DNA of 62,503 bases, filler included, from 4 parts of 4 records of this genome joined end to end with filler, not necessarily neighbours in it; one strand, 5' to 3'; positions 1 to 10,032 are shown, counted from the first letter of the whole stretch. Notes: a model not told the origin generated them from the letters alone. Translations and numbers: made by a program.

Positions 1-1371
1 ATCAAACATTTTATAAATGTCTGATGATGGCTGATGAATAACCACGAAAATCAATTTCCCTTTTAAGGTTAATTCTCGTAGCAAATTCATTACGTTTTCA
101 GAATCTCTGGAGGAAAGACCTGAAGTCGGTTCATCGACAAACAAAATAGCCGGTTCCCTGATTAATTCAAGTGCAATATTTAATCTTTTCCTTTGTCCTC
201 CACTAATCATTTTATTTAATGGAGATCCTACTTTAAGATTTCTTCTCTCAAAAAGGCCTAAACTCTGTAGCGTATCATTAACAAGCTCTGTAAGCTCTTC
301 CTCACCTTTATCTTTAAAACAAAGTTTAGCATTGTAATAAAGATTCTCAAATACAGTTAACTCTTCAATTAATAAATCATCTTGAGGAATTAAACCTATT
401 ACACCTTCAATTTTTTCCTTTTCTTTATGCAGATTTATTCCGTTGATACGAACCTCTCCAGTACTTGGACTTTCTATACCGGATAAAACATTCAATAGAG
501 TTGTTTTACCGGCACCACTTGCTCCCATAATACCAACTAATCGCCCATGCTCCTCTGCTAAATTTACATCTCTCAGTCCAATTCCACCGTTTTTGAATGT
601 AAATCCTAATTTATCAACAACATAAGAAATTTTTGGAGTAGATGCATCTGTCATAAAATGACCAACTACATCTGTATAATAAATCGGTGCTCCTGCAGGA
701 AATTTAAGAAAACTACCTTTAGGGAAAAGATAAATGCTACGTTTATTTAATAATAAACCATTTAAAAATATATCCTGACTTCCAGTATATCTTAAGAAAT
801 ATAATTCAGCACTCTTAGCTCTTAAAATAAGAACATTTCCATCCAGTTTACCAGTCTGAATATGCTCTCTATTTTCTCCAGATTTTTCTTCTGAGTTTAT
901 TATAAGTAAATCCTCAAAATCCAAATCATCGAGTTCATTATTTACAACAAACCCTTCAATATTTTTCTTTTCTTCTTCAGATAACCTAAAAACATCGGCT
1001 GCTGTATTAATAATGGCCATACGTTGATCTGTAAATCTTCTGTCGGCATTTATTAATTCGTACATACGTACAACTACAACAACCTTCTGTTCCTTATTAA
1101 GCTTTTTATTAATTTTTTTACAGATTCCGATTATCCTAACGGAATCCTTCATCGAAGTAAGTTTTATTTTTCCATCATCGTTGTTGCCATTAACTTTTTT
1201 GTCGATAGCAAAACTTTGGAATAATGTAAAATACTCCTCAACAGCTTCTGCAGTTAACTGTTGTTTTAAAAAGTTCTTTACAAACTCAGTTTCACTATCT
1301 TGAACACCTCCGTCCTGTTTGGCAATTAAACCAAACAGTTGCATTAAGGCTTTTAAAATTTCTTCACTCAT
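1..1371 (-). CDS. ABCG/White-like ABC ATPase with N-terminal TerB-like domain and degenerate FHA-like segment (runs off the window edge; not in the ORF track)
   Basis: Manual translation from ATG at 1371: MSEEILKALMQLFGLIAKQDGGVQDSE (TerB-like), YFLRYTGSQDIFLNG (FHA-like), Walker A GASGAGKTT, signature ISGGQRKRLNIALEL, Walker B LFVDEPTSGL, and IHQPSSDIYKMFD. The frame is open to position 1. Confidence 0.88.
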   Translation of the reverse strand, partial: MSEEILKALMQLFGLIAKQDGGVQDSETEFVKNFLKQQLTAEAVEEYFTLFQSFAIDKKVNGNNDDGKIKLTSMKDSVRIIGICKKINKKLNKEQKVVVVVRMYELINADRRFTDQRMAIINTAADVFRLSEEEKKNIEGFVVNNELDDLDFEDLLIINSEEKSGENREHIQTGKLDGNVLILRAKSAELYFLRYTGSQDIFLNGLLLNKRSIYLFPKGSFLKFPAGAPIYYTDVVGHFMTDASTPKISYVVDKLGFTFKNGGIGLRDVNLAEEHGRLVGIMGASGAGKTTLLNVLSGIESPSTGEVRINGINLHKEKEKIEGVIGLIPQDDLLIEELTVFENLYYNAKLCFKDKGEEELTELVNDTLQSLGLFERRNLKVGSPLNKMISGGQRKRLNIALELIREPAILFVDEPTSGLSSRDSENVMNLLRELTLKGKLIFVVIHQPSSDIYKMFD

Positions 1372-1403
1372 AAATTAATGTTTCAACAACTTACAATTAA
1401 AGC

Positions 1404-1784
1404 TTAATCTGTATATGCTACGTATTCAAAAGGAATTTCAACAATATCTGCATATTCTTCACCTGCTTCTAGCATATCCTCTTCTTCTTCGTGATAATGC
1501 CAAATAATTTTTACATCATTCCCATTTTCTACGATTTCTTCAAATTTTAATAATATATCTAAAATAATTTTAGAAGAAGCTGTATTAAAGTATTCTAGTT
1601 TAAAATTAAATTCTGTAATATCACTCGGAGATTCTGAGTAGCCATCAATCCATTTCATTATTGGCTCATAAAACATATTCACATCTTCAGGCAATGAGCG
1701 ACCTGAGAGTTCGAATTTCCCGTTATCCTTGTCAAGAATTACATTTGGGGTATCGTCTGTTCCCTGAATATTGATCACGTCCAT
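1404..1784 (-). CDS. siaC: SiaC-family (DUF1987) regulatory phosphoprotein
   Basis: 126 aa with T..TP, GRSLPE and YFNTASSK (phosphoacceptor-Thr motif, codon at 1581-1583) and W.Y....EDM.EAGEE. Lies directly downstream of a siaB-like gene. Confidence 0.85.
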   Translation of the reverse strand: MDVINIQGTDDTPNVILDKDNGKFELSGRSLPEDVNMFYEPIMKWIDGYSESPSDITEFNFKLEYFNTASSKIILDILLKFEEIVENGNDVKIIWHYHEEEEDMLEAGEEYADIVEIPFEYVAYTD

Positions 1785-1805
1785 GGTTTTTTATTTAATC
1801 GTTAA

Positions 1806-2381
1806 TTATTTGTTTCTTTTAATTGTGGAGGTTAATATAAAAAATGAAACTTCATCATTTATTTCTTTAAATTGATAGGACAAGACGCTTCCTGTTTTTT
1901 TAGCAATATCGATAAGCCCTAAACCTGCTCCTCCTTTATCAGAAATTCTACCATCCTTCATTTGAGTTTTATATAACTCTGATAAACCTTGCTTGTCCAA
2001 TGAATTAACCTGTTCAAGATTTTCTCTTAATCCAGGTACTTTCTCGTTTTTTATAATATTACCTGTAATAATATTGTAACTATCCTCACCTTTACTAACC
2101 ATAACAATACCACGCCTTTCAGCTTCATCTTCATCACTCATTGAATCAGCATGTTTACTAATGTTCTGTAAACACTCCACCATTACATTAAATACTTTTC
2201 TCTGCACAGCGTTAGATTCTTCACTTTTAGCAAGATTCCGTTCAGTTAAAGAAGTAAAAGTTTTGGTTATATCCTGAGTAACCTCTCCTTCATAAACTAA
2301 ACTAATTTCATTGGTTTTCATAGTTCGATAAAGCTGGTAAGCAAAATCCAAAAAACTATGCTTATCTAGTGTATTTCCCAT
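1806..2381 (-). CDS. siaB: SiaB-family (DUF6272) Ser/Thr kinase, anti-sigma-kinase-like fold
   Basis: Motifs VE.LQNI.KH, TGN, GGAGLGLIDIAKK; sits between a PP2C gene and siaC. Confidence 0.85.
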   Translation of the reverse strand: MGNTLDKHSFLDFAYQLYRTMKTNEISLVYEGEVTQDITKTFTSLTERNLAKSEESNAVQRKVFNVMVECLQNISKHADSMSDEDEAERRGIVMVSKGEDSYNIITGNIIKNEKVPGLRENLEQVNSLDKQGLSELYKTQMKDGRISDKGGAGLGLIDIAKKTGSVLSYQFKEINDEVSFFILTSTIKRNK

Positions 2382-2406
2382 TGCAATAATTATTTTAAAT
2401 GCATAC

Positions 2407-5013
2407 TTACAATTCTATTCCAATCAATAACACATCATCCACTTGTTTTTCATCTCCCATCCATCTATAAAAATCTTCAGAAAAATGACGAGCAAAATGT
2501 GCCATTGTTAAATCTTCTTTTTCAGTTAAGGCTTCCCTAATTCGTTTGCTTTGGTATTTTCTACGTTTTTCGCCACCTAACTGATCTGGTAAACCATCAG
2601 AGAAGATAAAGATTTTGTCTCCATCTTGATACTCTATTTCATTGTTTTCGAAATCTTTCTCAATTTTCTTACGTAAAGGTTTACCTCCAATACCTTTTCT
2701 TGATCCTTTATATTCGATTAATTCACCTTTTCTCAACAAATATAAAGGATTATGCGCTCCTGCAAATTGTATTGTCTTATTTTCTTTATCAATTTTACAT
2801 AAAGCTAAATCCATTCCATCCCTACCATTATTGCCTTCTTCGTTCTGCTTTAATGTTGAACGAACTCCTTCATGCAAAAGATCGAGAATTCTGGCGGCAT
2901 TAAAGTTATCATCAATATTAACAATATTATTTAAAAGAAAATAACCTATAAATGACAACAAAGCACCAGGTACACCATGTCCAGTACAGTCAACCGCAGC
3001 GACATAAAAAATGTTATCTTTTTTAACAAACCAAGGAAAATCACCACTTACAACATCTTTTGGGCGGTAGAAAATAAAGGATCTAGGAAAATGTCTTTGT
3101 ATAAATTCTGTATCTGGTAAAATTGAAGTCTGAATCCTTTGCGCATAGTTTATACTATCAGAAATCTTCTTATTTTTTTCTTTAATCTCTTGCTCTATTC
3201 GCTTAAGCTCAGTCATATCATGAGCTACAAATAATACAGATTCTAAAACTCTATCATCATTAAACTCCGGTATGGATTTAATCTGCATAATTTTTTCTCC
3301 ATTTGGAGAGGTAATCTTAATTTCATCGATGATTTGTTCTTGCTTTTGTTTTATTTGTATTAAAACATTGTTAACAAAGTCGATGAATCTTTCGTCGATA
3401 TTTAAATCAGTAATCCTTTTTTTGGTAATCTCAGAAGTTGCAAGTCCTATAAAATTACCTACTGCTGGATTTGAGTAAACCAACTTACCAGAAGTATTAA
3501 TTCTCAAAATCATATCTGGAGAGTTTTCAGAAAGAGACTGCATTCTACTTTTCATCCTTTCCTCTTTCTCAGCCCTTATTCTCTCAGTAATATCCTGAGT
3601 ATTAAATATGATCCCTTTTATGGCTGGATCGTGTAGTAAATTTTTACCTTTAGTTTCTAGAAATAACTTCTCACCAGTTTTCTTTAAATATGAATATTGA
3701 GCAACACTTTCGCCACCTGGTGTTTGTTTTAAATAGTTAAATAAATTATTGATAGTTTTATATCCACGAGGAGTCATCATCTCCGGATCCATTCCAATAA
3801 CTTTTTCATCGTCCGAATATCCCAAAATCCTTTTAACAGACGGGCTTTCAAAAACAAGCCTTTGATTTTCGTCGTATATAGAAATAAACTCGGAAGCATT
3901 CGTTAATAATGCAACCATCCTTTTTTGGGCATTTTCAACCTCTTGTACTTTTGATTCAAGCAATTCATTAGATCTTTCCAAGTCTTCCTGGGCAATCATC
4001 ATTTCTTGCGCATTTTGCTTAAGGGTATCCTCATTCTGACGAAGAGTAACTGTCATATCCTGTGATTCCTTAAGCAAAACCTCCGTACGTGCATTTATTT
4101 TTTGTGCATAAATAGTTCTTCCTATCATTGAACTTAGTTCTTCTGCAAACTGTAGCTTATAATTAGGAATACTTGTATTTAGATAGCCTATTTCAATTAC
4201 ACCCTGCAATTCTTCGTCTTGCATTAAAGGTAAAATAATTAAACTCTTAGGTCTAGTATCTCCGAGTAAACCAGAGCTTACTGTAAAATAATCATCAGGA
4301 ATCTCAGTACGATAAATCATGGCCTTCTCGTAAGCAACCTGTCCCACAAGACCTCTACCAATACTATATTCTTGCGTGATAAACCTTTTTCTTCCAAAAG
4401 CATAAGTAGCTTTATTTATTAGCTTATCATTTTCCAATAAATAAAAACAACCTTGAGCTGCATCTGAATACTTAATGATTTCTTTTAATAGATAAAAAGC
4501 CAATTCATTTATATTACGATATGTACGTAATACTTCATTTACCAACTCTTTACCTTTTGTTATCCATTTTAATTCCTCGTCCTTACGGTTAGTTTCCATC
4601 AAGTCTTTAGCAAGACTATACAAGGAGTTATCTTTATCAGCAAGTTGTAATATTTTATTAAAATCTCCCATTCTAATTAAATCGGCGATTTCAATATTAG
4701 ATTTAATTTCCTGTTGTAATTTGTGAATTTCCTTTCTCTGTTTATACTTATTATGTCTTTGATAATTTAAAAAGAATATTATTGACAGTGGTACAAGTAA
4801 AATTAAAATATTAACAAACCATATTAAAACACTTTTATGGATATATACTATAGATTTAAGAGAGAAAGATAACTTGGTAAACTCTACAAAACCACTCCAA
4901 ACCAACAAATAAGCTATTAACAAAAATGCTGTAATAAAGAATATGCTATGCTCAGAAAGCGAAGACATATCCAAATATTTAGTAAAATATTTTTTCAGTT
5001 TTTTAGCTGACAT
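2407..5013 (-). CDS. Membrane GAF-coiled coil-PAS-PAS-PP2C (SpoIIE-type) phosphatase, SiaA-like
   Basis: Two N-terminal TM segments; GAF (GRGLVGQVA, LQGVIEIG); two PAS/PAC repeats (QDITER, HDMTE); PP2C motifs AQRIQ, VSGDF, DCTGHGVPGA, DGMD, FSDG, QVDD. Confidence 0.88.
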   Translation of the reverse strand: MSAKKLKKYFTKYLDMSSLSEHSIFFITAFLLIAYLLVWSGFVEFTKLSFSLKSIVYIHKSVLIWFVNILILLVPLSIIFFLNYQRHNKYKQRKEIHKLQQEIKSNIEIADLIRMGDFNKILQLADKDNSLYSLAKDLMETNRKDEELKWITKGKELVNEVLRTYRNINELAFYLLKEIIKYSDAAQGCFYLLENDKLINKATYAFGRKRFITQEYSIGRGLVGQVAYEKAMIYRTEIPDDYFTVSSGLLGDTRPKSLIILPLMQDEELQGVIEIGYLNTSIPNYKLQFAEELSSMIGRTIYAQKINARTEVLLKESQDMTVTLRQNEDTLKQNAQEMMIAQEDLERSNELLESKVQEVENAQKRMVALLTNASEFISIYDENQRLVFESPSVKRILGYSDDEKVIGMDPEMMTPRGYKTINNLFNYLKQTPGGESVAQYSYLKKTGEKLFLETKGKNLLHDPAIKGIIFNTQDITERIRAEKEERMKSRMQSLSENSPDMILRINTSGKLVYSNPAVGNFIGLATSEITKKRITDLNIDERFIDFVNNVLIQIKQKQEQIIDEIKITSPNGEKIMQIKSIPEFNDDRVLESVLFVAHDMTELKRIEQEIKEKNKKISDSINYAQRIQTSILPDTEFIQRHFPRSFIFYRPKDVVSGDFPWFVKKDNIFYVAAVDCTGHGVPGALLSFIGYFLLNNIVNIDDNFNAARILDLLHEGVRSTLKQNEEGNNGRDGMDLALCKIDKENKTIQFAGAHNPLYLLRKGELIEYKGSRKGIGGKPLRKKIEKDFENNEIEYQDGDKIFIFSDGLPDQLGGEKRRKYQSKRIREALTEKEDLTMAHFARHFSEDFYRWMGDEKQVDDVLLIGIEL

Positions 5014-5022
5014 ATTCCTATA

Positions 5023-5784
5023 TTATAAAGAAATCGACTTTGAAATATAATCATTTATTGTATTCCAATGACTATCGATATTTAACAAACTAAAACTACC
5101 TAACTCCAAAAGTCCAATAGTTTTATTGTTTTGAATAATAGGTAAAAGATATATTACTTTTGGTTTAGATGAGCCTGAACCAGATTCAATTTCGAAATAT
5201 GCTTCATCTATATCTTTTAAGACCATGATATCCTCATCTTGAACAGCCTGACCATTAAAACCCTCTCCTATCTTAAAATCTTTAATTTTAACATTTTCGT
5301 CTAAACCAAAACTAGCCTTTACGGTAAATGTATCCGAAGGTTTGTCTATAAAATAACAAATTCCAACACCTAACTCATAAAAATGGCTTATTTTATTTAA
5401 AAGTTCCTTAGCAACTACATTTATACCCTTTTTACCTTTTAAACTATCATTAATATTTAGAGCAATTTTTTCTACCTCTTTTGTATTAGTCTTACCTGAG
5501 TGTTGCAGCTCTAATTCGGTTAATTTGGATGATAATTCATATACCCTACGATCGCACGTATCTTCTAAGTTTTTATATTTCTGCTCAAAGATTAAACGTT
5601 CCTTTTTTACTTTCCTAATCGTCCTGTCAAACATATAGACAATTGTTAAAAATAAGGCGAGAAATATTAACTCAAGAATCATATACTTGGCCGATAAATC
5701 TGAAACAAATACATCCTTAAATAATGCAAAAACAAAAGCAGCTCCCGAGATTATATATAAACGATATGTAGTATTTCTAATCAT
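5023..5784 (-). CDS. Membrane protein: 2 TM, coiled coil, C-terminal GAF, no output domain
   Basis: Hydrophobic N-terminus; GEGFNGQAV and IGLLELGS GAF motifs that resemble the neighbouring GAF domains. Confidence 0.75.
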   Translation of the reverse strand: MIRNTTYRLYIISGAAFVFALFKDVFVSDLSAKYMILELIFLALFLTIVYMFDRTIRKVKKERLIFEQKYKNLEDTCDRRVYELSSKLTELELQHSGKTNTKEVEKIALNINDSLKGKKGINVVAKELLNKISHFYELGVGICYFIDKPSDTFTVKASFGLDENVKIKDFKIGEGFNGQAVQDEDIMVLKDIDEAYFEIESGSGSSKPKVIYLLPIIQNNKTIGLLELGSFSLLNIDSHWNTINDYISKSISL

Positions 5785-5794
5785 CTAAAACGAA

Positions 5795-6370
5795 TTACAT
5801 CTTGTTTAAAAAATTAATTATTTCTTCTGGAGACAATACTTCATCCGGATTAAATAATTGAAGTGCAGACTTTGTCATAGTATCAACATCACATGTTTTT
5901 GGATCTTGAATTATCGTATAACCTTTTTTATTATAAACTTCCTTTACACCTTTAGCTCCATCTTTATTAGCACCGGTTAATAAAATTCCAACCATCTTTT
6001 CGCGAAAAGCCATAGCCGCAGAAAAAAAAGTATAATCAATAGATGGTCTGCTATGATTTAAAACATCCTCAGTAGATAAAGACAAGGAGGAATCATATTC
6101 AATAAACATATGATAATTGGACGGAGCTAAATAAACTTTTCCAGGCTCTAATTTATCCTTATCAAAAGGTTCTATAACAGGTAGATTCGATTTTATTTTT
6201 AAACCTTCCAATAAACCTGTTCTAATATGCTTTAAACGATGCAAACAAACAACAATCGGATATTTAAAGTCTGAATTAATATTAGACAATATTTTACTTA
6301 CGATAGAAAAACTTCCTGCCGATCCGCCGATTACTATAGCTTTATAATATGAAGCTCTACTATTTACCAT
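5795..6370 (-). CDS. cheB: Stand-alone CheB methylesterase (no receiver domain)
   Basis: GGSAG, CLH, RPSID, LTGANKDGA: catalytic Ser/His/Asp present; 191 aa. Confidence 0.88.
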   Translation of the reverse strand: MVNSRASYYKAIVIGGSAGSFSIVSKILSNINSDFKYPIVVCLHRLKHIRTGLLEGLKIKSNLPVIEPFDKDKLEPGKVYLAPSNYHMFIEYDSSLSLSTEDVLNHSRPSIDYTFFSAAMAFREKMVGILLTGANKDGAKGVKEVYNKKGYTIIQDPKTCDVDTMTKSALQLFNPDEVLSPEEIINFLNKM

Positions 6371-6376
6371 TTAAAT

Positions 6377-7183
6377 TCAAATCTTATATATTTGCTCACC
6401 TTCATCGAAAAGTTCATACATACAGGAATTTGCTTCACTAATTTTTTCCTTAATTCCAATGGATAAATATCCTCCTCTTTTTATTCGATTATGTAAGTAT
6501 TTTTCACTTGTTTCCTGAAGTTTCAGGTTATAATATAACATCCTGTTTCTAAAAATAACTACTGAAATTTCTTCTTCCGGATGTTGGCTGAAGTAGCTTG
6601 CATTTATGAAACAAACATTATTTATTAAATCACTTTTTAACTGTAAACCTTCTTTCTCTTCGTTAAAATAATGATTAAAATTTGTACTTAATTCAAGTCT
6701 CTTATAATTCTGCTTATTTAACTCTAAGTACTTTGAATTAATAATACCACTTTTTATTTCATCTATCTTTCTAACACTTTCTATGTTACAATATATTCTG
6801 CTTTTACTACTTACTCCTAATTCCTCAAGGATCACGATTAAAGAATAAAGTTCCTCTGGCGAAACCAACTCTGGGAACCAAAAACTAATTTCTTCCTCTG
6901 ACATGCTTGGAATTACCCTATTCTTTAGTGCTCTCCAGAATGAAGGATCACGAAACATTTCATTTATGGGCACCGGAAAAAAGTAACAAAAATCTTCAAG
7001 TATACTGCCTGATTTTATCTCACGAATAAATTCACTTGTATTTTTAATATTAAGTACATTATAAATATGAGCGAACCTGCGTCTTAAAAACGAAAAACCA
7101 TAATTATTAAAATCGACATTTAGCTTAATTGATAAAGCTGCCGTCAATTCTCTTATATCGCTTATCGATGGTCCAATAGCCAT
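6377..7183 (-). CDS. Degenerate CheR-like methyltransferase
   Basis: CheR-like MFRDP, EELYS, FRNRMLYY and GGYLSIG are present, but the AGCSSGEE and TDI motifs are replaced. Confidence 0.7.
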   Translation of the reverse strand: MAIGPSISDIRELTAALSIKLNVDFNNYGFSFLRRRFAHIYNVLNIKNTSEFIREIKSGSILEDFCYFFPVPINEMFRDPSFWRALKNRVIPSMSEEEISFWFPELVSPEELYSLIVILEELGVSSKSRIYCNIESVRKIDEIKSGIINSKYLELNKQNYKRLELSTNFNHYFNEEKEGLQLKSDLINNVCFINASYFSQHPEEEISVVIFRNRMLYYNLKLQETSEKYLHNRIKRGGYLSIGIKEKISEANSCMYELFDEGEQIYKI

Positions 7184-7187
7184 TTAA

Positions 7188-8030
7188 TTACTTATATTTT
7201 AAATGAAACTTGTTACTCTTAGTGTATACCATGCCATGCTTCACGAAACGGGTTTTAAAAAAACCATGTAATGCTTCATGAGTTCCTAAAATAAGGACTC
7301 CTCCATCATATAGCTTATCAAAGAACTTTTTTACAATCTTCATTTGTAGATCAGAATTAAAATAAATCAAAACATTTCTACAAAAAATAATATCAAATTT
7401 TTGATAGAATGGTATCTCCTCTTCAACTAAATCATGTCTCTGAAAAACAGGCACTTTTGAAATAAAGTCTTTAACCTTAATTGTATCTTCACTCTCATTT
7501 ATATCGAAGTAATAGTCAAAGGGATTTCCATTAGGATTAATACTCTTCATCAACTGATCATAAACCTCGATATATTGTTTGTTAAACTTTAAATCATAAA
7601 CGGCATTTTTGGCACCCTTAATAACTTTTTGATTTATATCTGTACCTACAACCTTAACTTTATCTAACAAACCTAACTCATTAAACAATATTAAGTTAGA
7701 ATAAACTTCTTGTCCGGAAGAACATCCTGCATGCCAAATATTGATATTTGATTTTGTCTTTAAACCAGGTATAACATCCTTATACAAATACTCCCATGTT
7801 TCAGAATTACGAAATAATTCAGTAGTATTCACGGTAATGTCATCAACTAATTGCTCAACAAAATTCGCATCCGATTTTGTTTTCATCAATAGTTGATCCA
7901 TATCCATGTTATGATCTTTCAGAACTTTTTCAATCCGTCTTTGAATTGAATTATCAGAATAATCACAAAAATTGTATGGCGTATGGTTTTTTAATTCCTC
8001 AAGAAACTCTTTGAATGTTATTTTGCTCAC
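7188..8030 (-). CDS. cheR: CheR protein-glutamate methyltransferase
   Basis: TVNTTELFRN, IWHAGCSSGQEVYS, GTDI, FCRNVLIYF; GTG start. Confidence 0.9.
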   Translation of the reverse strand: MSKITFKEFLEELKNHTPYNFCDYSDNSIQRRIEKVLKDHNMDMDQLLMKTKSDANFVEQLVDDITVNTTELFRNSETWEYLYKDVIPGLKTKSNINIWHAGCSSGQEVYSNLILFNELGLLDKVKVVGTDINQKVIKGAKNAVYDLKFNKQYIEVYDQLMKSINPNGNPFDYYFDINESEDTIKVKDFISKVPVFQRHDLVEEEIPFYQKFDIIFCRNVLIYFNSDLQMKIVKKFFDKLYDGGVLILGTHEALHGFFKTRFVKHGMVYTKSNKFHLKYK

Positions 8031-8046
8031 GTAATTGCTTAGTTGA

Positions 8047-9924
8047 TTAAAATAATTCTACTTCTACATTTTGGATAAAAGCAGTAAATGAGTGATCATC
8101 TCCCACTTTAGCTTCTGATAAAAGAAACAGAACTGGTATATCATCACCAAATTTATTCTTAATCGGAACTTCTTTCCTCTCTCCAATAACTTTTTCCTCC
8201 TCAGTATTCACATATGCTTTTACAAACAAATCATTTTTTGCAGTCTCAGTTGAAAATAACATAGAAACATGTTGTCCCAGTACCTCGCTTCTTTCATATC
8301 CCCACAGTTTTTCTGCAGCTTCATTAAAGAATTCTAGTACTCCCTCTTTATTTGTTGTAATAATAGCATCAAGTGCACCTTCCAACATCTTTTCATTTCT
8401 TACTTTTACAGCCTCGATTTCTTTAAATTGTTCCTTCATTTCATCACGAGCCTGCTCTAACATAACACCAAGTTCTTCTTTCGAACTCTTCATCTGTTCT
8501 TCCATATTAACTTGTTCTGTTATATCATTTTCTAGACTTAAAATCTTGACAATATCTCCATGATTATCAATTACAGGCGTATAAGTAGTAAGTAAATAAA
8601 TTTCTTCCCCTAATTTGGTACGTCTTCTAACTCGACCTTTAAAATTATGTCCACCTTTAAGATCTGATAATATCTTCGTTAAATCTTCAATATCTTCCTG
8701 AAAGAAGAATATTTTAAGATTCTGACCTTCTATCTCTTCAGGTAAATATTTAAATGTTTGCAAAAACAATTGATTTACACTGATTAATGATCCATCCGTT
8801 TCAAACTCACAACTAATTGCAGAATTGTCAATAGCTTCAAGAATACCTTTCATTTCTACCTCTCTACGATCAGACTCTTCTTGTGTTGCTTGCATTTCCT
8901 CTAAATTCTGTCGTAGCTCTTCCTCTTGTTGAGACATTTTCTCAGCCTGAATTTGCGTTTCATGTAATAGTTTTGTTGTTTGAATATTAATCTGTACTGT
9001 TGAGATTGTTGAAGCAATACTTTCTGCAGTTCTTTCTACAAATTCTATTTCAAAAGGTTGAAATTCTGAGAACGAAGCTAACTCAATTACACCATATATT
9101 TCATCGTTTACTTTTAATGGAACAATTAAAATTGCTTTAGGATTAGATTGACCTAAACCTGACGTAATTGTTATATACTCATTTGGAACATCAGTAATAT
9201 AAATCGTATCTTTTTCTTGTGCACATCTTCCAATTAACCCTTCATTATAGCTGATTTTTTTATCAGCAAATTTCTTTCTGTCAAAGGCAATACATGCTGA
9301 CAACTCAAAATACTTTTCGTTTTTATTATTTGAACTTAGTAAGAAAAAGCCACCTTGATTAATTTTTAAATAATTAACCATGTAGCTAATTATATTATAT
9401 GATAATTCCTCAAGGTTGTCATTATTCTTTCTTAATATCTCAGCAAATTGAGCTAAACCTTGCGTTACCCAGGTTCTTTGCTCTTCTTCTAGCCTTCCTT
9501 GTTCTTGCTCTTTTTTACTCTTAACTAAATAATCCCTTAGTTTTAATAAAGATTTACTTAACTGATCCTTATGCTCCAAACTTATATCTGAACTATTTAA
9601 ATTACCTTGTCGCAAGTTATTAATGAAGTTAAGAACCATTTTGGATCTTGAATTTTCAGATTTAATATACTTGCGTTGCTTACTAATTATTTTTACAAAT
9701 TTTAGTGCATATAAATATCCAATAGCACCGGTAATAACAGGTAACGCTAATAAAAACCACAATCCAGGAAACATATAAAACATATCAATCAAAGGTCTGT
9801 TTGATTGATAAAATACATTGGAACCTAAATTGGCTAATACAACAATAATTAATGTTAATAACCCGAATAAAACTCCAAATAAAGTATATCTTCTATGTAT
9901 GCGTATTAATTCTGCTTTTTTCAC
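8047..9924 (-). CDS. Membrane GAF-coiled coil-PAS-PAS sensor with no catalytic output domain
   Basis: 2 TM; GAF (EGLIGRCA, YGVIELAS); QEEELRQNLEEMQATQEE coiled coil; two PAS domains (FNEAAEKLWGY); ends VELF. Confidence 0.82.
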   Translation of the reverse strand: MKKAELIRIHRRYTLFGVLFGLLTLIIVVLANLGSNVFYQSNRPLIDMFYMFPGLWFLLALPVITGAIGYLYALKFVKIISKQRKYIKSENSRSKMVLNFINNLRQGNLNSSDISLEHKDQLSKSLLKLRDYLVKSKKEQEQGRLEEEQRTWVTQGLAQFAEILRKNNDNLEELSYNIISYMVNYLKINQGGFFLLSSNNKNEKYFELSACIAFDRKKFADKKISYNEGLIGRCAQEKDTIYITDVPNEYITITSGLGQSNPKAILIVPLKVNDEIYGVIELASFSEFQPFEIEFVERTAESIASTISTVQINIQTTKLLHETQIQAEKMSQQEEELRQNLEEMQATQEESDRREVEMKGILEAIDNSAISCEFETDGSLISVNQLFLQTFKYLPEEIEGQNLKIFFFQEDIEDLTKILSDLKGGHNFKGRVRRRTKLGEEIYLLTTYTPVIDNHGDIVKILSLENDITEQVNMEEQMKSSKEELGVMLEQARDEMKEQFKEIEAVKVRNEKMLEGALDAIITTNKEGVLEFFNEAAEKLWGYERSEVLGQHVSMLFSTETAKNDLFVKAYVNTEEEKVIGERKEVPIKNKFGDDIPVLFLLSEAKVGDDHSFTAFIQNVEVELF

Positions 9925-9968
9925 AATAATCAGTTTTGTTTTAGTCTGAAGATCCTATGTTTCGTGAA

Positions 9969-9976
9969 CGAAATTA
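9969..9976 (-). promoter_or_regulatory. Candidate Bacteroidota -7 promoter element (TAATTTCG) for the GAF/CheR/Sia sub-operon
   Basis: One mismatch to TAnnTTTG, 45 bp upstream of the 9924 start, in the 108-bp gap. Confidence 0.4.
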
Positions 9977-10032
9977 AAAACTTTTAAGCACTTTACCATT
10001 CTAAACCTGATAAAGCTAATTCTTCAAAATTA

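Noticed and set aside
443-625. Short antisense or alternative-frame ORFs in the track (e.g. 443-625, 2642-2944, 14762-15142, 33524-33883, 52333-52677, 59805-60209)
   Set aside because: They overlap well-supported genes and have no motifs; they are shadow ORFs.
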